Counted from the first letter of the stretch, positions 49,229-60,664 are shown. The stretch is DNA of 64,000 nucleotides from Chloroflexi bacterium CSP1-4 (GCA_001443375.1 LDXM01000014.1:42-64041), one strand, 5' to 3'. Notes: generated from the letters alone by a model not told the origin. Numbers and translations are program-made.

Positions 49229-49855
49229 CTACCTCGAGTAGTACTCGACCACGAGCTGCTCGTTGAGGTCGGCCGGCATCTGCTCGCGGCGGGGCAGCGC
49301 GACGACGCTGCCTGCCAGCTTCTCCGGGTCGACGCTCAACCACTCCGGCACCTGGGCGGTGCGGAGCGTTTCGCTCGCGGTCTTGAAGGGGGCGGTGGAA
49401 CGGCTCCGCTCGCGTACCGTGATGCGGTCGCCGGGGCGGAGCTGATAGCTGGCGACGTCAGCCGCGCGGCCGTTCACGAAGAAGTGGCCGTGGTTCACGA
49501 GCTGCCGCGCCTGGGCCCGGCTGGACGCGAAGCCCATCCGGAAGGCGACGTTGTCGAGACGCGTCTCGAGCAGGCGCAGGAGGTTCTCGCCGGTCACGCC
49601 GGGGCGCGACTCGGCCTGCTCGAAGTAGCCTCGGAACTGGCGCTCCAACACGCTGTAGACACGGCGCACCTTCTGCTTCTCGCGCAGCTGGACGCCGAAT
49701 TCGGACGGCTTGCGGCGTCGCACGCCGTGCTGGCCGGGGGGCGTGGCGCGGCGCTCGACGGCGCACTTCTTGGTGTAGCAGCGGGCGCCCTTGAGGAAGA
49801 GCTTGGTGCCTTCCCGGCGGCAGAGGCGGCAGACGGATTCGGTGTAGCGAGCCAA
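49229..49855 (-). CDS. rpsD: 30S ribosomal protein S4
   Basis: TTG start; [45 protein letters not shown]. Confidence 0.96.
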   Translation of the reverse strand: MARYTESVCRLCRREGTKLFLKGARCYTKKCAVERRATPPGQHGVRRRKPSEFGVQLREKQKVRRVYSVLERQFRGYFEQAESRPGVTGENLLRLLETRLDNVAFRMGFASSRAQARQLVNHGHFFVNGRAADVASYQLRPGDRITVRERSRSTAPFKTASETLRTAQVPEWLSVDPEKLAGSVVALPRREQMPADLNEQLVVEYYSR

Positions 49856-49862
49856 GTCGATC

Positions 49863-50258
49863 TCAGACCCGGCGCCGCTTGGGCGGTCGGCAGCCGTTGT
49901 GCGGGACGGGCGTGACGTCCGTGATGGCGGACACCTCGAGCCCGGCCGCCTGGAGCGAGCGGATGGCCTGCTCACGGCCGGCGCCGGGGCCCTTGACGAA
50001 GACCTCGACCTGCCGCATGCCGTGCTCCATGGCCCGCCGCGCGGCGCCGTCCGCGCTCATGGCAGCGGCGTACGGCGTGCTCTTCCGCGAGCCCTTGAAG
50101 CCGGCCACGCCGGCGCTCCCCCAGGCGATGGTCGCCCCGCTCGGATCGGTGATGGTGATGATGGTGTTGTTGAAGGTCGCCTGGACGTGGACGTGCCCCG
50201 TGGGCACGTTCTTCTTCTCGCGACGCCGCGTCTTCGCGACGCGCTTCCGTTCGGCCAT
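49863..50258 (-). CDS. rpsK: 30S ribosomal protein S11
   Basis: [31 protein letters not shown]. Confidence 0.97.
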   Translation of the reverse strand: MAERKRVAKTRRREKKNVPTGHVHVQATFNNTIITITDPSGATIAWGSAGVAGFKGSRKSTPYAAAMSADGAARRAMEHGMRQVEVFVKGPGAGREQAIRSLQAAGLEVSAITDVTPVPHNGCRPPKRRRV

Positions 50259-50279
50259 GCTCGGTCCGACGCTCCTGGT

Positions 50280-50651
50280 CTACTTCTTACGCCGGACGCC
50301 GACGGTCTTCTTGGGACCGCGACGCTGCCGGGCATTGGTCTTGGTGCGCTGCCCGCGGACGGGCAGGTTGCGGCGATGGCGGAGACCGCGATACGAGCCG
50401 ATCTCCTGGAGACGCTTGATGTTCAGCGCGACCTCGCGCCGCAGGTCGCCCTCGACCTTGTAGCGGCGGTCGATGATCTCGCGCAGCCGGCCCACCTGTT
50501 CGTCGGTCAGGTCGCGGACGCGGGTGTCCGGGTTCACGTTGGCCTGCGCCAGGATCTTCTGGCTGGTGGGCAGCCCGATCCCGAAGACGTAGGTGAGGGC
50601 GACCTCCACGCGCTTCTCGCGCGGGATGTCGACACCGGCGATGCGTGCCAC
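50280..50651 (-). CDS. rpsM: 30S ribosomal protein S13
   Basis: [38 protein letters not shown]. Confidence 0.97.
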   Translation of the reverse strand: MARIAGVDIPREKRVEVALTYVFGIGLPTSQKILAQANVNPDTRVRDLTDEQVGRLREIIDRRYKVEGDLRREVALNIKRLQEIGSYRGLRHRRNLPVRGQRTKTNARQRRGPKKTVGVRRKK

Positions 50652-50660
50652 TCCGCCCTC

Positions 50661-50774
50661 CTAGCCCTGGCGCTGCTTGTGCTTGGGATTGCCGCAGATG
50701 ACGATCACCGTGCCGTGCCGGCGGATGACCTTGCAGCGTTCGCAGCGCGCCTTGACCGACGCTCTGACCTTCAC
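50661..50774 (-). CDS. rpmJ: 50S ribosomal protein L36 (Zn-binding form)
   Basis: Hand-translated, below ORF-track cutoff: [37 protein letters not shown]. Confidence 0.96.
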   Translation of the reverse strand: MKVRASVKARCERCKVIRRHGTVIVICGNPKHKQRQG

Positions 50775-50787
50775 GATTGCCCCTGCC

Positions 50788-51006
50788 CTACTTGAGTCGA
50801 TACGTGATCCGGCCACGCGACAGGTCGTACGGCGACAGCTCGACGCGGACCCGGTCGCCCGGAAGGATCCGGATGAAGTTCATGCGGAGCTTGCCGCTGA
50901 TGTGGGCGAGTACCCGATGACCGTTCTCGAGCTCGATGGCGAACATCGCATTGGGCAACGGCTCGATGACCGTACCCTCGACCTCGATCGCATCCTTCTT
51001 GGCCAC
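50788..51006 (-). CDS. infA: Translation initiation factor IF-1
   Basis: [36 protein letters not shown]. Confidence 0.97.
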   Translation of the reverse strand: MAKKDAIEVEGTVIEPLPNAMFAIELENGHRVLAHISGKLRMNFIRILPGDRVRVELSPYDLSRGRITYRLK

Positions 51007-51124
51007 AGGCGGCGACAGGCTCCTTGTTCGATCCCTGCTGGGTCTACCCCGGCACGGTGGGCCGCGGCCCGCCCGGCGAGGCACGGTGATGCGTGCGCCG
51101 CGCTGGGCGGGCGCACGAACGGCT

Positions 51125-51133
51125 AGTGTATCA
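51125..51133 (-). promoter_or_regulatory. Internal extended -10 (TGaTACACT) upstream of infA, overlapping the map stop codon
   Basis: Near-consensus hexamer at the start of the 124-nt map-infA spacer. Confidence 0.45.
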
Positions 51134-51949
51134 GGTGGCGACCATGACGGGCAAGCGCTCGCTCGCGGCGTCGTTGGAGGTGAGGATCCGCGGCCCTTCG
51201 GCGGTGATGGCGATGGAATGCTCGAAGTGGGCGGCGAGGCTGCCGTCCGCGGTGCGCACGGTCCAGCCGTCGTCGTCCACGCGCACCTCCTGGCGGCCGA
51301 GCATGAACATCGGCTCGATGGCCAGGCAGAGGCCCGGCTCGAGCTTCCGCCCGCGCGAGGCGAGACGGTAGTTCGGGACCTGGGGATCCTCGTGCATCTC
51401 GGTGCCGATGCCGTGTCCCACGAAGGGCCGCACGACGCTCAGGCCGTGCGCGATGGCCACGTCCTCGACGGCGGCGGAGATGTCGCCGATGTGACGGCCC
51501 GGCGTGGCCGCGGCGATGCCCGCGTACATCGCCTCCCGGGTGGCATCGACGAGGCGGCGCGCGGCATCCGGGACCTCGCCCACGATGTACGTCCGGGCGG
51601 CGTCGCCGTGCCAGCCCTCGATGATGGCGCCGACGTCCACCGAGACGAGCGAACCCTCGCGCACGACCCGGCGCGCGCTGGGCACGCCGTGCACGACCTC
51701 GTCGTCGATGGAGACGCAGATGGCATGCCGGTAGGCGCCCTTGGGTCCCGGCACACCCACGAAGGAGGGCGTGGCTCCCGCGGCGCCGATCATCTCCAGC
51801 GCGATGCGGTCGAGCTCGAGGGTGGTCATGCCCGGCCGCAGCTCCTCCGCGAGCCGGTCGAGCACGTCGGCAACGAGGCGGCCGGCGACGGCCATGCGCT
51901 CGATCTGCGCACGGCTCTTGAGCGTGACGCGGCGCTCCGCCCCCTTCAT
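51131..51949 (-). CDS. map: Methionine aminopeptidase type I
   Basis: EVVHGVP, VDVG..GWHGDAA, GHGIG..MHEDP, AIEPM, AHFEHSI. Confidence 0.96.
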   Translation of the reverse strand: MKGAERRVTLKSRAQIERMAVAGRLVADVLDRLAEELRPGMTTLELDRIALEMIGAAGATPSFVGVPGPKGAYRHAICVSIDDEVVHGVPSARRVVREGSLVSVDVGAIIEGWHGDAARTYIVGEVPDAARRLVDATREAMYAGIAAATPGRHIGDISAAVEDVAIAHGLSVVRPFVGHGIGTEMHEDPQVPNYRLASRGRKLEPGLCLAIEPMFMLGRQEVRVDDDGWTVRTADGSLAAHFEHSIAITAEGPRILTSNDAASERLPVMVAT

Positions 51950-51956
51950 CAGGCGG

Positions 51957-52613
51957 TCAGCGGGCCGGCTGGGTCATGGCGCGCAGGAGCACTTCGGTCA
52001 CCTGCTCGATCGACTGCTCGCCATCCACGGCCGTCAGGATGCCCCGCTCGGTGTAGTGGTCGACGACCTCGTACATGGGCGGCAGCTGCCGCTCCAGCCG
52101 GGCCCGCACCGTGGCCGGGCGGTCGTCGTCGCGCTGGTACAGCTCGGAGCCATCGATGTCGCAGACGCCCGGACGTACCGGTGGATGATCCACCGCATGG
52201 TAACTGTGCCCCTCGGCGCGGCAGAGCCAGCGACCCGAGAGACGACGCAGCAGCTCCTGCTCGCGCACGCCCACGTAGAGCGCGCCCGTCACCTTGGCAC
52301 CGCGACGAGCGAGCGCGGCGTCGAGCGCAGCGGCCTGCGGCCGCGTGCGCGGGAAGCCGTCGAGGATCGCGCCGTCCGCGGCGTCCGGCTCAGCCAGGCG
52401 GTGCAGGATGAGACGGATGGCCAGCTCGTCGGGGACGAGCGCACCACGGCCCATGAACTCCTGCACCTGGCGGCCCAGCGGCGTCTCACCGCGGATGGCC
52501 GCCCGGAACAGCTCGCCCGACGCGACGTGCGGCACGCCCAGGGCACGCGCCAGAATCGCGGCCTGCGTGCCCTTGCCGGCGCCCGGGGCGCCGACCATGA
52601 CGAACAGCCGCAT
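51957..52613 (-). CDS. adk: Adenylate kinase
   Basis: GAPGAGKGTQA, GALVPD, ILDGFPRT, LID domain, QRDDD. Confidence 0.96.
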   Translation of the reverse strand: MRLFVMVGAPGAGKGTQAAILARALGVPHVASGELFRAAIRGETPLGRQVQEFMGRGALVPDELAIRLILHRLAEPDAADGAILDGFPRTRPQAAALDAALARRGAKVTGALYVGVREQELLRRLSGRWLCRAEGHSYHAVDHPPVRPGVCDIDGSELYQRDDDRPATVRARLERQLPPMYEVVDHYTERGILTAVDGEQSIEQVTEVLLRAMTQPAR

Positions 52614-52620
52614 CAGCGGA

Positions 52621-53922
52621 TCACCTGATGAAGCCCTCGTAGTTGCGCATCATCAGCTGCGCCTCGAGCTGCTTCATCGTCTCCACGACCACCGAGACGA
52701 CGATCAGCAACGCCGTGCCGCCGATGGTCAGACTGCCCAGCACCGATCCCTGGAAGAGGAAGCCCACGATGACCGGCGAGACGGCCACGGTGCCCAGGAA
52801 GAGGGCGCCGGCGAGGCTGATGCGGGTGACGACCTTCGCCAGGTAGTCCCGCGTCGGGCTGCCCGGTCGGATACCGGGGATGAAGCCGCCGTTCTTGCGC
52901 AGCTGGTCGGCCGTCTCGTCGGGCTTGAAGGTGAAGGCGGTGTAGAAGTAGGTGAACCCGACGGTGAGCAGGAAGTACAGCACGATGTACGGCGCGCCCT
53001 GGGGGCTCAGGAAGCCGACGATGCCGTTGGCGATGTCGCGGATGATCGTGACGTCCGATTGCGCGAAGTAGGTTGCCAGCTGGCTGGGCAGCAGGATGAT
53101 GCTGACCGCGAAGATGATGGGGATCACGCCGGCCTGGTTGACGCGCAGGGGCAGGAAGGTCGAGCCGCCCTGGTACATGCGCCGCCCGCGCACGCGGCTG
53201 GCGTACTGGATGGGGATGCGGCGCTGCCCTTCCTGGATGTACACGATGACGCCGACGGCGAAGACGGCCACGATGGCGAAGGCGAGGCCGGCGGTGATGT
53301 CCGGGTTCTCGACGAAGGCGCCGATGGCCGCGGGAACGCTACTGACGATGCCGGCGAAGATGATGAAGCTGACGCCGTTGCCGATACCGCGCTCGGTGAT
53401 CAGCTCACCCAGCCACATGGCCAGGATCGTGCCTGCGGTGAGCGTGACGATCTGGGTCCACGTCTCCAGGCTGGCGAAGTCGAAATCGCTGATGACGGGG
53501 TCGCCGCCGGTGAGCTGGCGCGACGAGAGGAGCGCCAGGTAGCCGTAGGCCTGGATGATGCCCATCGGCACCGCCAGCCAGCGCGTGTACTTGTTGATCT
53601 GGTTGCGCCCGTACTCGCCCTCGCGCGAGAGCTGCTGGAGGCGGGGCACCACGCCCGTCATCAGCTGCATGATGATCGAGGCGTTGATGTACGGGTTCAC
53701 GCCCAGCGCCACGATCGAGAAGTTCGACAGGCCGCCGCCCGAGAAGATGTTCAGGAGCTGCAGGAAGTCGTTCGTCGCGAACAGATCCACCAGCGCCGCC
53801 TGGTTCACGCCCGGCACCGGCACGTGGGCCAGGAAGCGGAAGAGGACGAGGATGGCGAGGACGAAGAAGATGCGCCGTCGGATGTCCGGCGCGCGCAGCG
53901 CGTTGATGAGGGCCTCGAACAC
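52621..53922 (-). CDS. secY: Preprotein translocase SecY
   Basis: SIVALGVNPYINASII, WLGELITERGIGNGVS, AGVIPIIFA, FIPGIRPG, GGTALLIVV. Confidence 0.97.
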   Translation of the reverse strand: MFEALINALRAPDIRRRIFFVLAILVLFRFLAHVPVPGVNQAALVDLFATNDFLQLLNIFSGGGLSNFSIVALGVNPYINASIIMQLMTGVVPRLQQLSREGEYGRNQINKYTRWLAVPMGIIQAYGYLALLSSRQLTGGDPVISDFDFASLETWTQIVTLTAGTILAMWLGELITERGIGNGVSFIIFAGIVSSVPAAIGAFVENPDITAGLAFAIVAVFAVGVIVYIQEGQRRIPIQYASRVRGRRMYQGGSTFLPLRVNQAGVIPIIFAVSIILLPSQLATYFAQSDVTIIRDIANGIVGFLSPQGAPYIVLYFLLTVGFTYFYTAFTFKPDETADQLRKNGGFIPGIRPGSPTRDYLAKVVTRISLAGALFLGTVAVSPVIVGFLFQGSVLGSLTIGGTALLIVVSVVVETMKQLEAQLMMRNYEGFIR

Positions 53923-53928
53923 CGCGGG

Positions 53929-54639
53929 CTACTCCGCTGTCTCGGGCGCGGCGCGCCTGCGGCTGCGCCTGGCGGGCGTCTCGACCGGCGCACTGCCGGC
54001 GGCCTCCTCCGACGAGAGGGCGGCGTCCGCCTGGGCGGCCGCCTCGGCCTGGGCGGCGGCCTCGGCCTCCGCGGCGATCTCCGCGGCTTCCAGGGTCAGC
54101 GCCGGCAGCGGCTCGCTCTCGAACTCGATGATCTGGGCGGTGCCGCCGGCTGCCTCGATCTTCTCCCGGGCGCTTTTCGTGAAGGCGTCGGCGACGATGA
54201 ACAGCCGGCGGCTCACCTCACCACCACCGAGCACCTTGACCGGCCGGCGCAGGGTACCGATGAGGCCGACGGCGCGCAGCAGCTCGCCGTTGACCGTCAG
54301 TGGCGCGCCCTTGGGCCCGTCCACGCTGAGCCCGACGGCCAGCATGGCCTCTTCGGCCTCCGCGAAGCGGCCCTGGTCGACGTAGTCGGAGATGCGGCCG
54401 ACGTTCACGACCTCATAGGCGATCTTGAAGCGGTTCTTGAAGCCGCGTAGCTTCGGCACCCGGCGATGGATCGGCGTCTGGCCGCCCTCGAAGCCGGCCG
54501 GGATGCTGCCGCCGGCGCGGGCCTTCTGGCCCTTCGTGCCGCGGCCGGCGGTCTTGCCCTTCCCGGCCGCGATGCCGCGGCCGACGCGGGTCCGCTCGGT
54601 GGTGGAGCCGGGCGCCGGCCTAAGATCGTGGAGCTTCAT
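53929..54639 (-). CDS. rplO: 50S ribosomal protein L15 (with insertion and long Ala/Glu-rich tail)
   Basis: [48 protein letters not shown]. Confidence 0.95.
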   Translation of the reverse strand: MKLHDLRPAPGSTTERTRVGRGIAAGKGKTAGRGTKGQKARAGGSIPAGFEGGQTPIHRRVPKLRGFKNRFKIAYEVVNVGRISDYVDQGRFAEAEEAMLAVGLSVDGPKGAPLTVNGELLRAVGLIGTLRRPVKVLGGGEVSRRLFIVADAFTKSAREKIEAAGGTAQIIEFESEPLPALTLEAAEIAAEAEAAAQAEAAAQADAALSSEEAAGSAPVETPARRSRRRAAPETAE

Positions 54640-54872
54640 GCGCTCGTCTCCTGGTCGCGCCGCTCGGTCGCTTTCGGGGCGCCGTCGGCCGGCACTTCCT
54701 CGACATCGACGAGGAAGCGGACGGCGCGGACCTGCCCGCGCATGGCCGGATCGTCGGCGATCTCCACGGTCTGGCCGATGCGGTGAAGGCCGAGGGCGCG
54801 GACGGTGCCGCGCGCCTGGGCGGTGTAGCTGATGGGGCTCTTGCGGAGCGTGACGCGCAGCCTAGCGGGCAT
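54636..54872 (-). CDS. rpmD: 50S ribosomal protein L30
   Basis: [17 protein letters not shown]; position between rpsE and rplO. Confidence 0.94.
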   Translation of the reverse strand: MPARLRVTLRKSPISYTAQARGTVRALGLHRIGQTVEIADDPAMRGQVRAVRFLVDVEEVPADGAPKATERRDQETSA

Positions 54873-55407
54873 CGGCGGCGACCTCCGCGGGGCTCGTCGA
54901 GGGCTGGCCGCTGATCACGCTGCGCAGTCGCACCCCGCGTCGCGCGGAGAGCTCCTCCGCCGAGTGCAGGTTCCGCAGGGCCTCGATGGTGGCACGCACG
55001 ACGTTCACCGGGTTCGTCGAACCGAGCGACTTGGAGAGGATGTCGCGGATGCCGGCCGCCTCGACCACCGCCCGCACCGAGCCACCGGCGACGACGCCGG
55101 TGCCCTGCGAAGCGGGCTTGAGCAGCACGGTGCTGGCGCCGAAGCGCTGCACGATCTCGTGCGGGATCGTGGTGCCCACGCGGGGCACCCGGATGAGGTT
55201 CTTCTTCGCGTCCTCGACGCCCTTGCGGATCGCCTCGGGGACCTCGCCGGCCTTGCCCAGCCCCGCGCCGACATGGCCGGCCCCGTCACCGACGACGACG
55301 ACCGCGCTGAAGCTGAAGCGGCGGCCGCCCTTGACGACCTTGGCGACGCGGTTGATCTGGACGACGCGCTCTTCGAGCGTCAGTTTCGTGGGGTCGATCC
55401 TGGCCAA
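54862..55407 (-). CDS. rpsE: 30S ribosomal protein S5
   Basis: [36 protein letters not shown]. Confidence 0.97.
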   Translation of the reverse strand: MARIDPTKLTLEERVVQINRVAKVVKGGRRFSFSAVVVVGDGAGHVGAGLGKAGEVPEAIRKGVEDAKKNLIRVPRVGTTIPHEIVQRFGASTVLLKPASQGTGVVAGGSVRAVVEAAGIRDILSKSLGSTNPVNVVRATIEALRNLHSAEELSARRGVRLRSVISGQPSTSPAEVAADAR

Positions 55408-55426
55408 GACGTGGCTCCTCTCGGTG

Positions 55427-55789
55427 CTAGAAGTCGAGGCCGGCTTCGCGGGCCGCCTCGGCCAGCGACTTGACGCGCCCGTGGTAGCGGAAACCGGCCC
55501 GGTCGAAGACGACTCGCTCGACGCCGGCCGCCTTCGCGCGCTGCGCGACGAGCGTGCCGACCGCCTTCGCCCGCTCGGTCTTGGTGCCCTTCGCCGAGCG
55601 GAGCTCCTTCTCGAGAGAAGAGGCGGCGGCGATGGTGCGACCGGCGGCGTCGTCGATGACCTGAGCGTAGATCTGGTTCAGGCTGCGGAAGACGGCCAGG
55701 CGCGGCCGAGGGGCCGTCCCCTCGACCGTGAGGCGGATCCGGGCGTGGCGCTTGTGGCGCGCCGCGGTCCGGGATGTGGCCTGGGCCAT
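55427..55789 (-). CDS. rplR: 50S ribosomal protein L18
   Basis: [30 protein letters not shown]. Confidence 0.97.
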   Translation of the reverse strand: MAQATSRTAARHKRHARIRLTVEGTAPRPRLAVFRSLNQIYAQVIDDAAGRTIAAASSLEKELRSAKGTKTERAKAVGTLVAQRAKAAGVERVVFDRAGFRYHGRVKSLAEAAREAGLDF

Positions 55790-55873
55790 GGTCTCGTGTC
55801 ACTCCTCTTGTGACCGGGCTCGCGATGACGCGCAGCCGGCCGGTGAGCGCCTGCCGTCAGGCGCGCTTGATGG

Positions 55874-56425
55874 CTACTTCTTGCCGCCGATCTTGCCGGC
55901 CTTGCCGGCCTTCCGGCGGACGGTCTCGCCCGCGTAGCGGACGCCCTTGCCCTTGTAGGGCTCGGGCTTGCGCATGGCGCGGACGCGGGCGGCGACGTGA
56001 CCGACGAGCTCCTTGTCGATGCCCACCACGGCGAGGCGGGTGGGGTTCTCGACCTCGAAGCTGATGCCGGCCGGCGGTTCGATCTCGATGGGGTGGCTGT
56101 ACCCCAGGTTGAGCTGCAACTTCTCGCCGACCTTCTGGGCGCGGTAGCCGACGCCGGTGATCTCCAACCCCTTGCGGAAGCCGGTCGTGACGCCGGTGAC
56201 CATGTTGGCCACGAGCGTGCGCGTCAAGCCGTGCAGCTCGCGTGAGCGTTTGTCGTCGCCGGGTCGCTCCACGCGCAGCCTGCCGTCCTCTTGGACGACG
56301 CGCAGCTCCGGCACCAGCCGGCGCGAGAGGGTGCCCTTAGGGCCCGAGACGGTGATGGAGTCCCCGGCCAGGGCAACCTCGACACCGACGGGAACGGGGA
56401 TCGAAAGACGGCCGATACGCGACAT
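55874..56425 (-). CDS. rplF: 50S ribosomal protein L6
   Basis: [32 protein letters not shown]. Confidence 0.97.
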   Translation of the reverse strand: MSRIGRLSIPVPVGVEVALAGDSITVSGPKGTLSRRLVPELRVVQEDGRLRVERPGDDKRSRELHGLTRTLVANMVTGVTTGFRKGLEITGVGYRAQKVGEKLQLNLGYSHPIEIEPPAGISFEVENPTRLAVVGIDKELVGHVAARVRAMRKPEPYKGKGVRYAGETVRRKAGKAGKIGGKK

Positions 56426-56433
56426 CGTTCCGC

Positions 56434-56832
56434 CTACCAGACGAAGGCCAGGACTTCGCCGCCCAGTTGCGCCTTACGGGCCTGGGCGCCGGTCATGATC
56501 CCCTGGCTGGTGCTGACGATGACGATGCCCAGACCGCCCAGGACGCGCGGGATATCGGTCTTGCCGGCGTAGACGCGCAGGCCGGGCTTGCTGATGCGCT
56601 TCAGGCCCGAGACCACGGGCGCCTTGCCACCGACGTACTTGAGCGTGATGCGCAGCGTCGGGTGCCCTCCGTCCTGGGCTTCCATCACGTCCTCGATGAA
56701 GCCCTCGTCCTTGAGGATGCGGGCGATCTGGCGCTTCGTCCGCGAGGCGGGCACGACAACCTCGGTGTGGCGCGCTCGGCTTGCGTTGCGGATGCGTGTG
56801 AGCATGTCCGCGATGGGATCGGAGACGTTCAT
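56434..56832 (-). CDS. rpsH: 30S ribosomal protein S8
   Basis: [35 protein letters not shown]. Confidence 0.97.
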   Translation of the reverse strand: MNVSDPIADMLTRIRNASRARHTEVVVPASRTKRQIARILKDEGFIEDVMEAQDGGHPTLRITLKYVGGKAPVVSGLKRISKPGLRVYAGKTDIPRVLGGLGIVIVSTSQGIMTGAQARKAQLGGEVLAFVW

Positions 56833-56836
56833 GTGC

Positions 56837-57022
56837 CTACCAGCTCGACTTCGTCACGCCCGGCAGCTCACCCAGCAGGGCGCGCTCCCGGAAGCAGATG
56901 CGGCAGAGGGCGAAACGGCGCATGAAGGCGCGCGGCCGGCCGCAGACGGTGCAGCGGTGGTAGCCGCGGACCGGGAACTTGGGCGTCCGCTTCGCCTTCG
57001 CGATCATGGATTTCTTGGCCAT
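56837..57022 (-). CDS. rpsN: 30S ribosomal protein S14 type Z (Zn-binding)
   Basis: [25 protein letters not shown]. Confidence 0.96.
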   Translation of the reverse strand: MAKKSMIAKAKRTPKFPVRGYHRCTVCGRPRAFMRRFALCRICFRERALLGELPGVTKSSW

Positions 57023-57038
57023 CGGGCTTCTCCTGCTC

Positions 57039-57581
57039 CTAGCCGGCGAAGGGCATGCCGAGGAGCTCGAGCAGCTTCTTCGATTCCTCGTCGGTCTTTG
57101 CCGTCGTCACGATGCTGATCTCCAGCCCGCGCAGACGGTCCACCTTGTCGTAGTCGATCTCCGGGAAGGCCAGCTGCTCCCGCAGGCCGAGGGAATAGTT
57201 CCCGCGGCCGTCGAAGGAGCGGGCCGGGACACCCCGGAAGTCACGGATGCGGGGCAGTGCGAGCGTCGTCAGGCGCTCCAGGAAGTCCCACATGCGCTCC
57301 CCGCGCAGCGTCACCTTGACCCCGATGGGGTTGTTCGTGCGCAGGCGGAACTGCGCGATCGAGCGCTTGGCGCGGGTGACGATCGGCTTCTGCCCGGTCA
57401 CCGCGGCCACGTCGCCCACGGCGGCGTCGAGCGCCTTGGCGTTCGTGAGCGCCTCGCCCAGGCCGATGTTGAGGACGATCTTCCGCAGGCGCGGCACCTG
57501 CATGGGGTTCGCGTAGGCGAACTCCTTGCGCAGGGCCGGCGCGACCTCGTCGACGTAGCGCTGCCGGAGGCTGCCGCTCAT
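57039..57581 (-). CDS. rplE: 50S ribosomal protein L5
   Basis: [42 protein letters not shown]. Confidence 0.97.
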   Translation of the reverse strand: MSGSLRQRYVDEVAPALRKEFAYANPMQVPRLRKIVLNIGLGEALTNAKALDAAVGDVAAVTGQKPIVTRAKRSIAQFRLRTNNPIGVKVTLRGERMWDFLERLTTLALPRIRDFRGVPARSFDGRGNYSLGLREQLAFPEIDYDKVDRLRGLEISIVTTAKTDEESKKLLELLGMPFAG

Positions 57582-57967
57582 GCCTTCACCTCGCGCGCCA
57601 CCGGCTGCCCGCAGTGCCCGCAGACGCGCACGCTCTTGCCGTTCTCCGGCCGCTCGTGCTTGATGCGGGTGGGCCGGCTGCAGGCGGGGCAGACGAGCAT
57701 GACGTTGCTGGCGCGCAGCGGCTGGGCGATCTCGAGGATGCCGCCTTGCTGGACGCGGGGGGCCCGGTCGTTGCGGCCCTGGCGTGAACGCGGCTTGGTG
57801 TGCCGCTTGGCGATGTTGAGGCCCTCCACGACGAGGCGGTCCGGCCGCACGATGCGCTCGACGGTGCCACGCTTGCCGGAGTCCTTCCCGGTGAGCACGA
57901 CGACCTCGTCGCCCTTGCGGATCTCGGGCACCTTGGTGACGCGGGGCGCGGGGCGCTGGGCGGGCAC
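57578..57967 (-). CDS. rplX: 50S ribosomal protein L24
   Basis: [29 protein letters not shown]; C-terminal CPAC/CGHC. Confidence 0.95.
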   Translation of the reverse strand: MPAQRPAPRVTKVPEIRKGDEVVVLTGKDSGKRGTVERIVRPDRLVVEGLNIAKRHTKPRSRQGRNDRAPRVQQGGILEIAQPLRASNVMLVCPACSRPTRIKHERPENGKSVRVCGHCGQPVAREVKA

Positions 57968-58335
57968 TACAGCACCTCCGGCGCGAGCGAGATGATCTTC
58001 ATGTAGTTCTTGTCACGCAGCTCGCGGGCCACCGGACCGAAGATCCGGGTGCCCCTGGGATTGCCCTGGTTGTTGATGAGGACAGCCGCGTTCTCGTCGA
58101 AACGGATGTAGCTGCCGTCGGAACGGCCGAACTCCTTGGCCGTGCGCACCACCACGGCGCGCACCACGTCGCCCTTCTTGACCGCCGCGTTGGGGATGGC
58201 CTGCTTGACGCTCGCGATGATGACGTCGCCCACGCCCGCGGTGGTCTTCTGCGAGCGGCCTATGACCCGGATGCATTGGATCGTCCGGGCGCCCGTATTG
58301 TCGGCCACCTTGAGGCGGCTGTACGGCTGGATCAC
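57967..58335 (-). CDS. rplN: 50S ribosomal protein L14
   Basis: [36 protein letters not shown]. Confidence 0.97.
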   Translation of the reverse strand: MIQPYSRLKVADNTGARTIQCIRVIGRSQKTTAGVGDVIIASVKQAIPNAAVKKGDVVRAVVVRTAKEFGRSDGSYIRFDENAAVLINNQGNPRGTRIFGPVARELRDKNYMKIISLAPEVL

Positions 58336-58706
58336 GCGGGGACCTCCTCGGCCGCCTCATGCCGGCCCGGATGAGCCGCCATGTGGATGGCCTCGGTGGT
58401 CTCGGCCTCCTCGGCCACGATCGGCTCGGCGGCGCCCTCGATCGCACGCTTCACGACCTCGATCAGCCGCCAACGCTTGGTAGCGCTCAGGGGGCGCGAC
58501 TCCTCGATACGGACGGTGTCCCCCACGCGCGCCTCGTTGAGCTCGTCATGCGCCTTGAACTTCGTGGTCAGGCGGATCACGCGCTTGTACAGCCGGTGGC
58601 GCGCGAGGCGCTCGACCGAGACGACGATCGTCTTGTCCATCTTGTCGGAGACGACCCGTCCCACCTTGGTCTTGCGCTTGGTCGTGGTCATCGTCGCTCC
58701 GTTCAT
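58332..58706 (-). CDS. rpsQ: 30S ribosomal protein S17 (with acidic C-terminal extension)
   Basis: [32 protein letters not shown]. Confidence 0.96.
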   Translation of the reverse strand: MNGATMTTTKRKTKVGRVVSDKMDKTIVVSVERLARHRLYKRVIRLTTKFKAHDELNEARVGDTVRIEESRPLSATKRWRLIEVVKRAIEGAAEPIVAEEAETTEAIHMAAHPGRHEAAEEVPA

Positions 58707-58939
58707 CGCCCGGCCCCCGTCCCGGCCGGCTCGCGGCGGGCACCGGTCTCGGCGAGCTGGCGCTCGGTCATGACCGTCAGGATGCGGGCGATCTTCCTCC
58801 GCGTCTGCGGGATCTGGTCGTAGTCGGTGAGCTGCCGTGTGGCCAGCTGGAAACGAAGGTCGTAGAGGTTGCGCTTGGCGGCCGAGAACTCCGTCACGAG
58901 CTCGGCGTCGGTGAGGGCGCGAACCTTATCGATGTCCAT
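58703..58939 (-). CDS. rpmC: 50S ribosomal protein L29
   Basis: [23 protein letters not shown]. Confidence 0.95.
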   Translation of the reverse strand: MDIDKVRALTDAELVTEFSAAKRNLYDLRFQLATRQLTDYDQIPQTRRKIARILTVMTERQLAETGARREPAGTGAGR

Positions 58940-59354
58940 CGGCGACCCCCTCCTTGGCCACGAACTTCACCCCGACGGGCAGCTTGTGGCTGGCCAGGCG
59001 CATCGCCTCCGTGGCCTCCTCGAGGGGCACGCCTGCCATCTCGAAGAGGATCCGGCCGGGCTTGACCACCGCGACCCAGTGGTCGGGGGCGCCCTTGCCG
59101 GAGCCCATGCGGACCTCGGCCGGCTTCTTGGTCACGGGCTTGTCCGGGAAGACGCGGATCCAGATCTTGCCGCCGCGCTTGACGTAGCGAGTCATGGCGC
59201 GTCGCGCGGCCTCGATCTGGCGGCTGGTGATCCAGGCCGGTTCTTCGGTCATCAGGCCGTACTCGCCGAAGGCGATCGAGGTGCCACCCTTGGCCGTGCC
59301 GCTCATGCGACCGCGCATGACCTTGCGGTGCTTGACGCGCTTGGGCATCAGCAT
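58926..59354 (-). CDS. rplP: 50S ribosomal protein L16
   Basis: [33 protein letters not shown]. Confidence 0.97.
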   Translation of the reverse strand: MLMPKRVKHRKVMRGRMSGTAKGGTSIAFGEYGLMTEEPAWITSRQIEAARRAMTRYVKRGGKIWIRVFPDKPVTKKPAEVRMGSGKGAPDHWVAVVKPGRILFEMAGVPLEEATEAMRLASHKLPVGVKFVAKEGVADGHR

Positions 59355-59356
59355 GG

Positions 59357-60028
59357 CTACGCCCCTCCCGCCGCGGCGGCGGCTTCGCGTGGAGCCTGGC
59401 GCTCGGGCATGATGTCGCCCCGGTAGATCCAGACCTTGACGCCGATCGCGCCGTATGTCGTCCGCGCGAGCACCTGGCCGTAGCTGATGTCGGCGCGCAG
59501 GGTGCCCAGCGGCACGCGGCCCTCCTTCTCCCACTCCCGACGCGCCATCTCCGAACCGCCCAGGCGGCCGGCGACGTTGACCTTCACGCCCTTCGCGCCG
59601 GCCTTCATGGTGCGCTGCACGGCCTGCTTCATGGCCTTCTTGAAGGCGATGCGACGCGACAGCTGCTGCGCGATGTTGGCGGCCACGAGGATCGCGTCAA
59701 GCTCCGGCTGGCGGATCTCCTTGATCTCGAGCTTGACCTTGCGCGTGGTCAGGCGGCCGATCTGCTGGCGCAGGGCCTCGACGTTCTGCCCGCCCTTGCC
59801 GATGACGATGCCCGGCTTGGCGGTATGGATGGTGACCGTCACGTGGTTGATGCCGCGCTCGACCTCCACGCCGCTGACGCTCGCGTTGGCGAGCCGGCGA
59901 GTGATCAACTGCCGGATGGCGATGTCCTCCTGGAGGAGGGCGGCGTAGCCCTTCCCGGCATACCACTTGGCGTTCCACGTCCGCGAGACGCCGAGGCGGA
60001 AGCCGTACGGATGGACCTTGTGACCCAT
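59357..60028 (-). CDS. rpsC: 30S ribosomal protein S3
   Basis: [44 protein letters not shown]. Confidence 0.97.
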   Translation of the reverse strand: MGHKVHPYGFRLGVSRTWNAKWYAGKGYAALLQEDIAIRQLITRRLANASVSGVEVERGINHVTVTIHTAKPGIVIGKGGQNVEALRQQIGRLTTRKVKLEIKEIRQPELDAILVAANIAQQLSRRIAFKKAMKQAVQRTMKAGAKGVKVNVAGRLGGSEMARREWEKEGRVPLGTLRADISYGQVLARTTYGAIGVKVWIYRGDIMPERQAPREAAAAAGGA

Positions 60029-60031
60029 CGG

Positions 60032-60370
60032 CTAGTCCTCCCGGTTCTCGACGACGACGGTGATGTGCGTCATCGGCTTGTGGATGGGGAAGGCGCGGCC
60101 CTGGGCGCGCGGCCTCCAGCGCTTGATGGTCGGACCTTCGTTGGCCACCGCGTCGGCGACGAACAGGTCTTTGGCGGAGAGGTTGTGGTTGTTCTCGGCG
60201 TTCGCCGTGGCGCTCTTGAGCACCTTGGCGACGTCTTTGGCTGTGCCCTGCGGCATGAACTTCAGCAGGGCCGCGGCTTCGTCCACGGGGCGCCCGACGA
60301 TGGCCTGGGTGACCAGGTGCGCCTTGCGCGTCGAGTGGCGGGTGTACTTGGCGGTGGCGGAGACCTTCAT
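60032..60370 (-). CDS. rplV: 50S ribosomal protein L22
   Basis: [31 protein letters not shown]. Confidence 0.96.
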   Translation of the reverse strand: MKVSATAKYTRHSTRKAHLVTQAIVGRPVDEAAALLKFMPQGTAKDVAKVLKSATANAENNHNLSAKDLFVADAVANEGPTIKRWRPRAQGRAFPIHKPMTHITVVVENRED

Positions 60371-60379
60371 GTTCGGCGC

Positions 60380-60664
60380 CTACTTCAGCGCTGCCGAGCG
60401 CTCGGTGTGCTTGCCGTGCCCGCGGTAGCTGCGGGTGGGGCTGAACTCACCGAGCCGGTGCCCGACCATGTTCTCCGTCACGTAGACGGGGATGTGCTTC
60501 CTGCCGTTGTAGACGGCGATGGTGTGCCCGATGAAGTCCGGGAAGATGACGCTCGCCCGAGACCAGGTCTTGACGACCTTCTTCTCGCTGCGCTTGTTCA
60601 TCTCCTGGACCCGACCGAGGAGTCGAGCCTCGACGAAGGGGCCTTTCTTGAGTGAGCGTGACAT
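60380..60664 (-). CDS. rpsS: 30S ribosomal protein S19
   Basis: [31 protein letters not shown]. Confidence 0.97.
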   Translation of the reverse strand: MSRSLKKGPFVEARLLGRVQEMNKRSEKKVVKTWSRASVIFPDFIGHTIAVYNGRKHIPVYVTENMVGHRLGEFSPTRSYRGHGKHTERSAALK

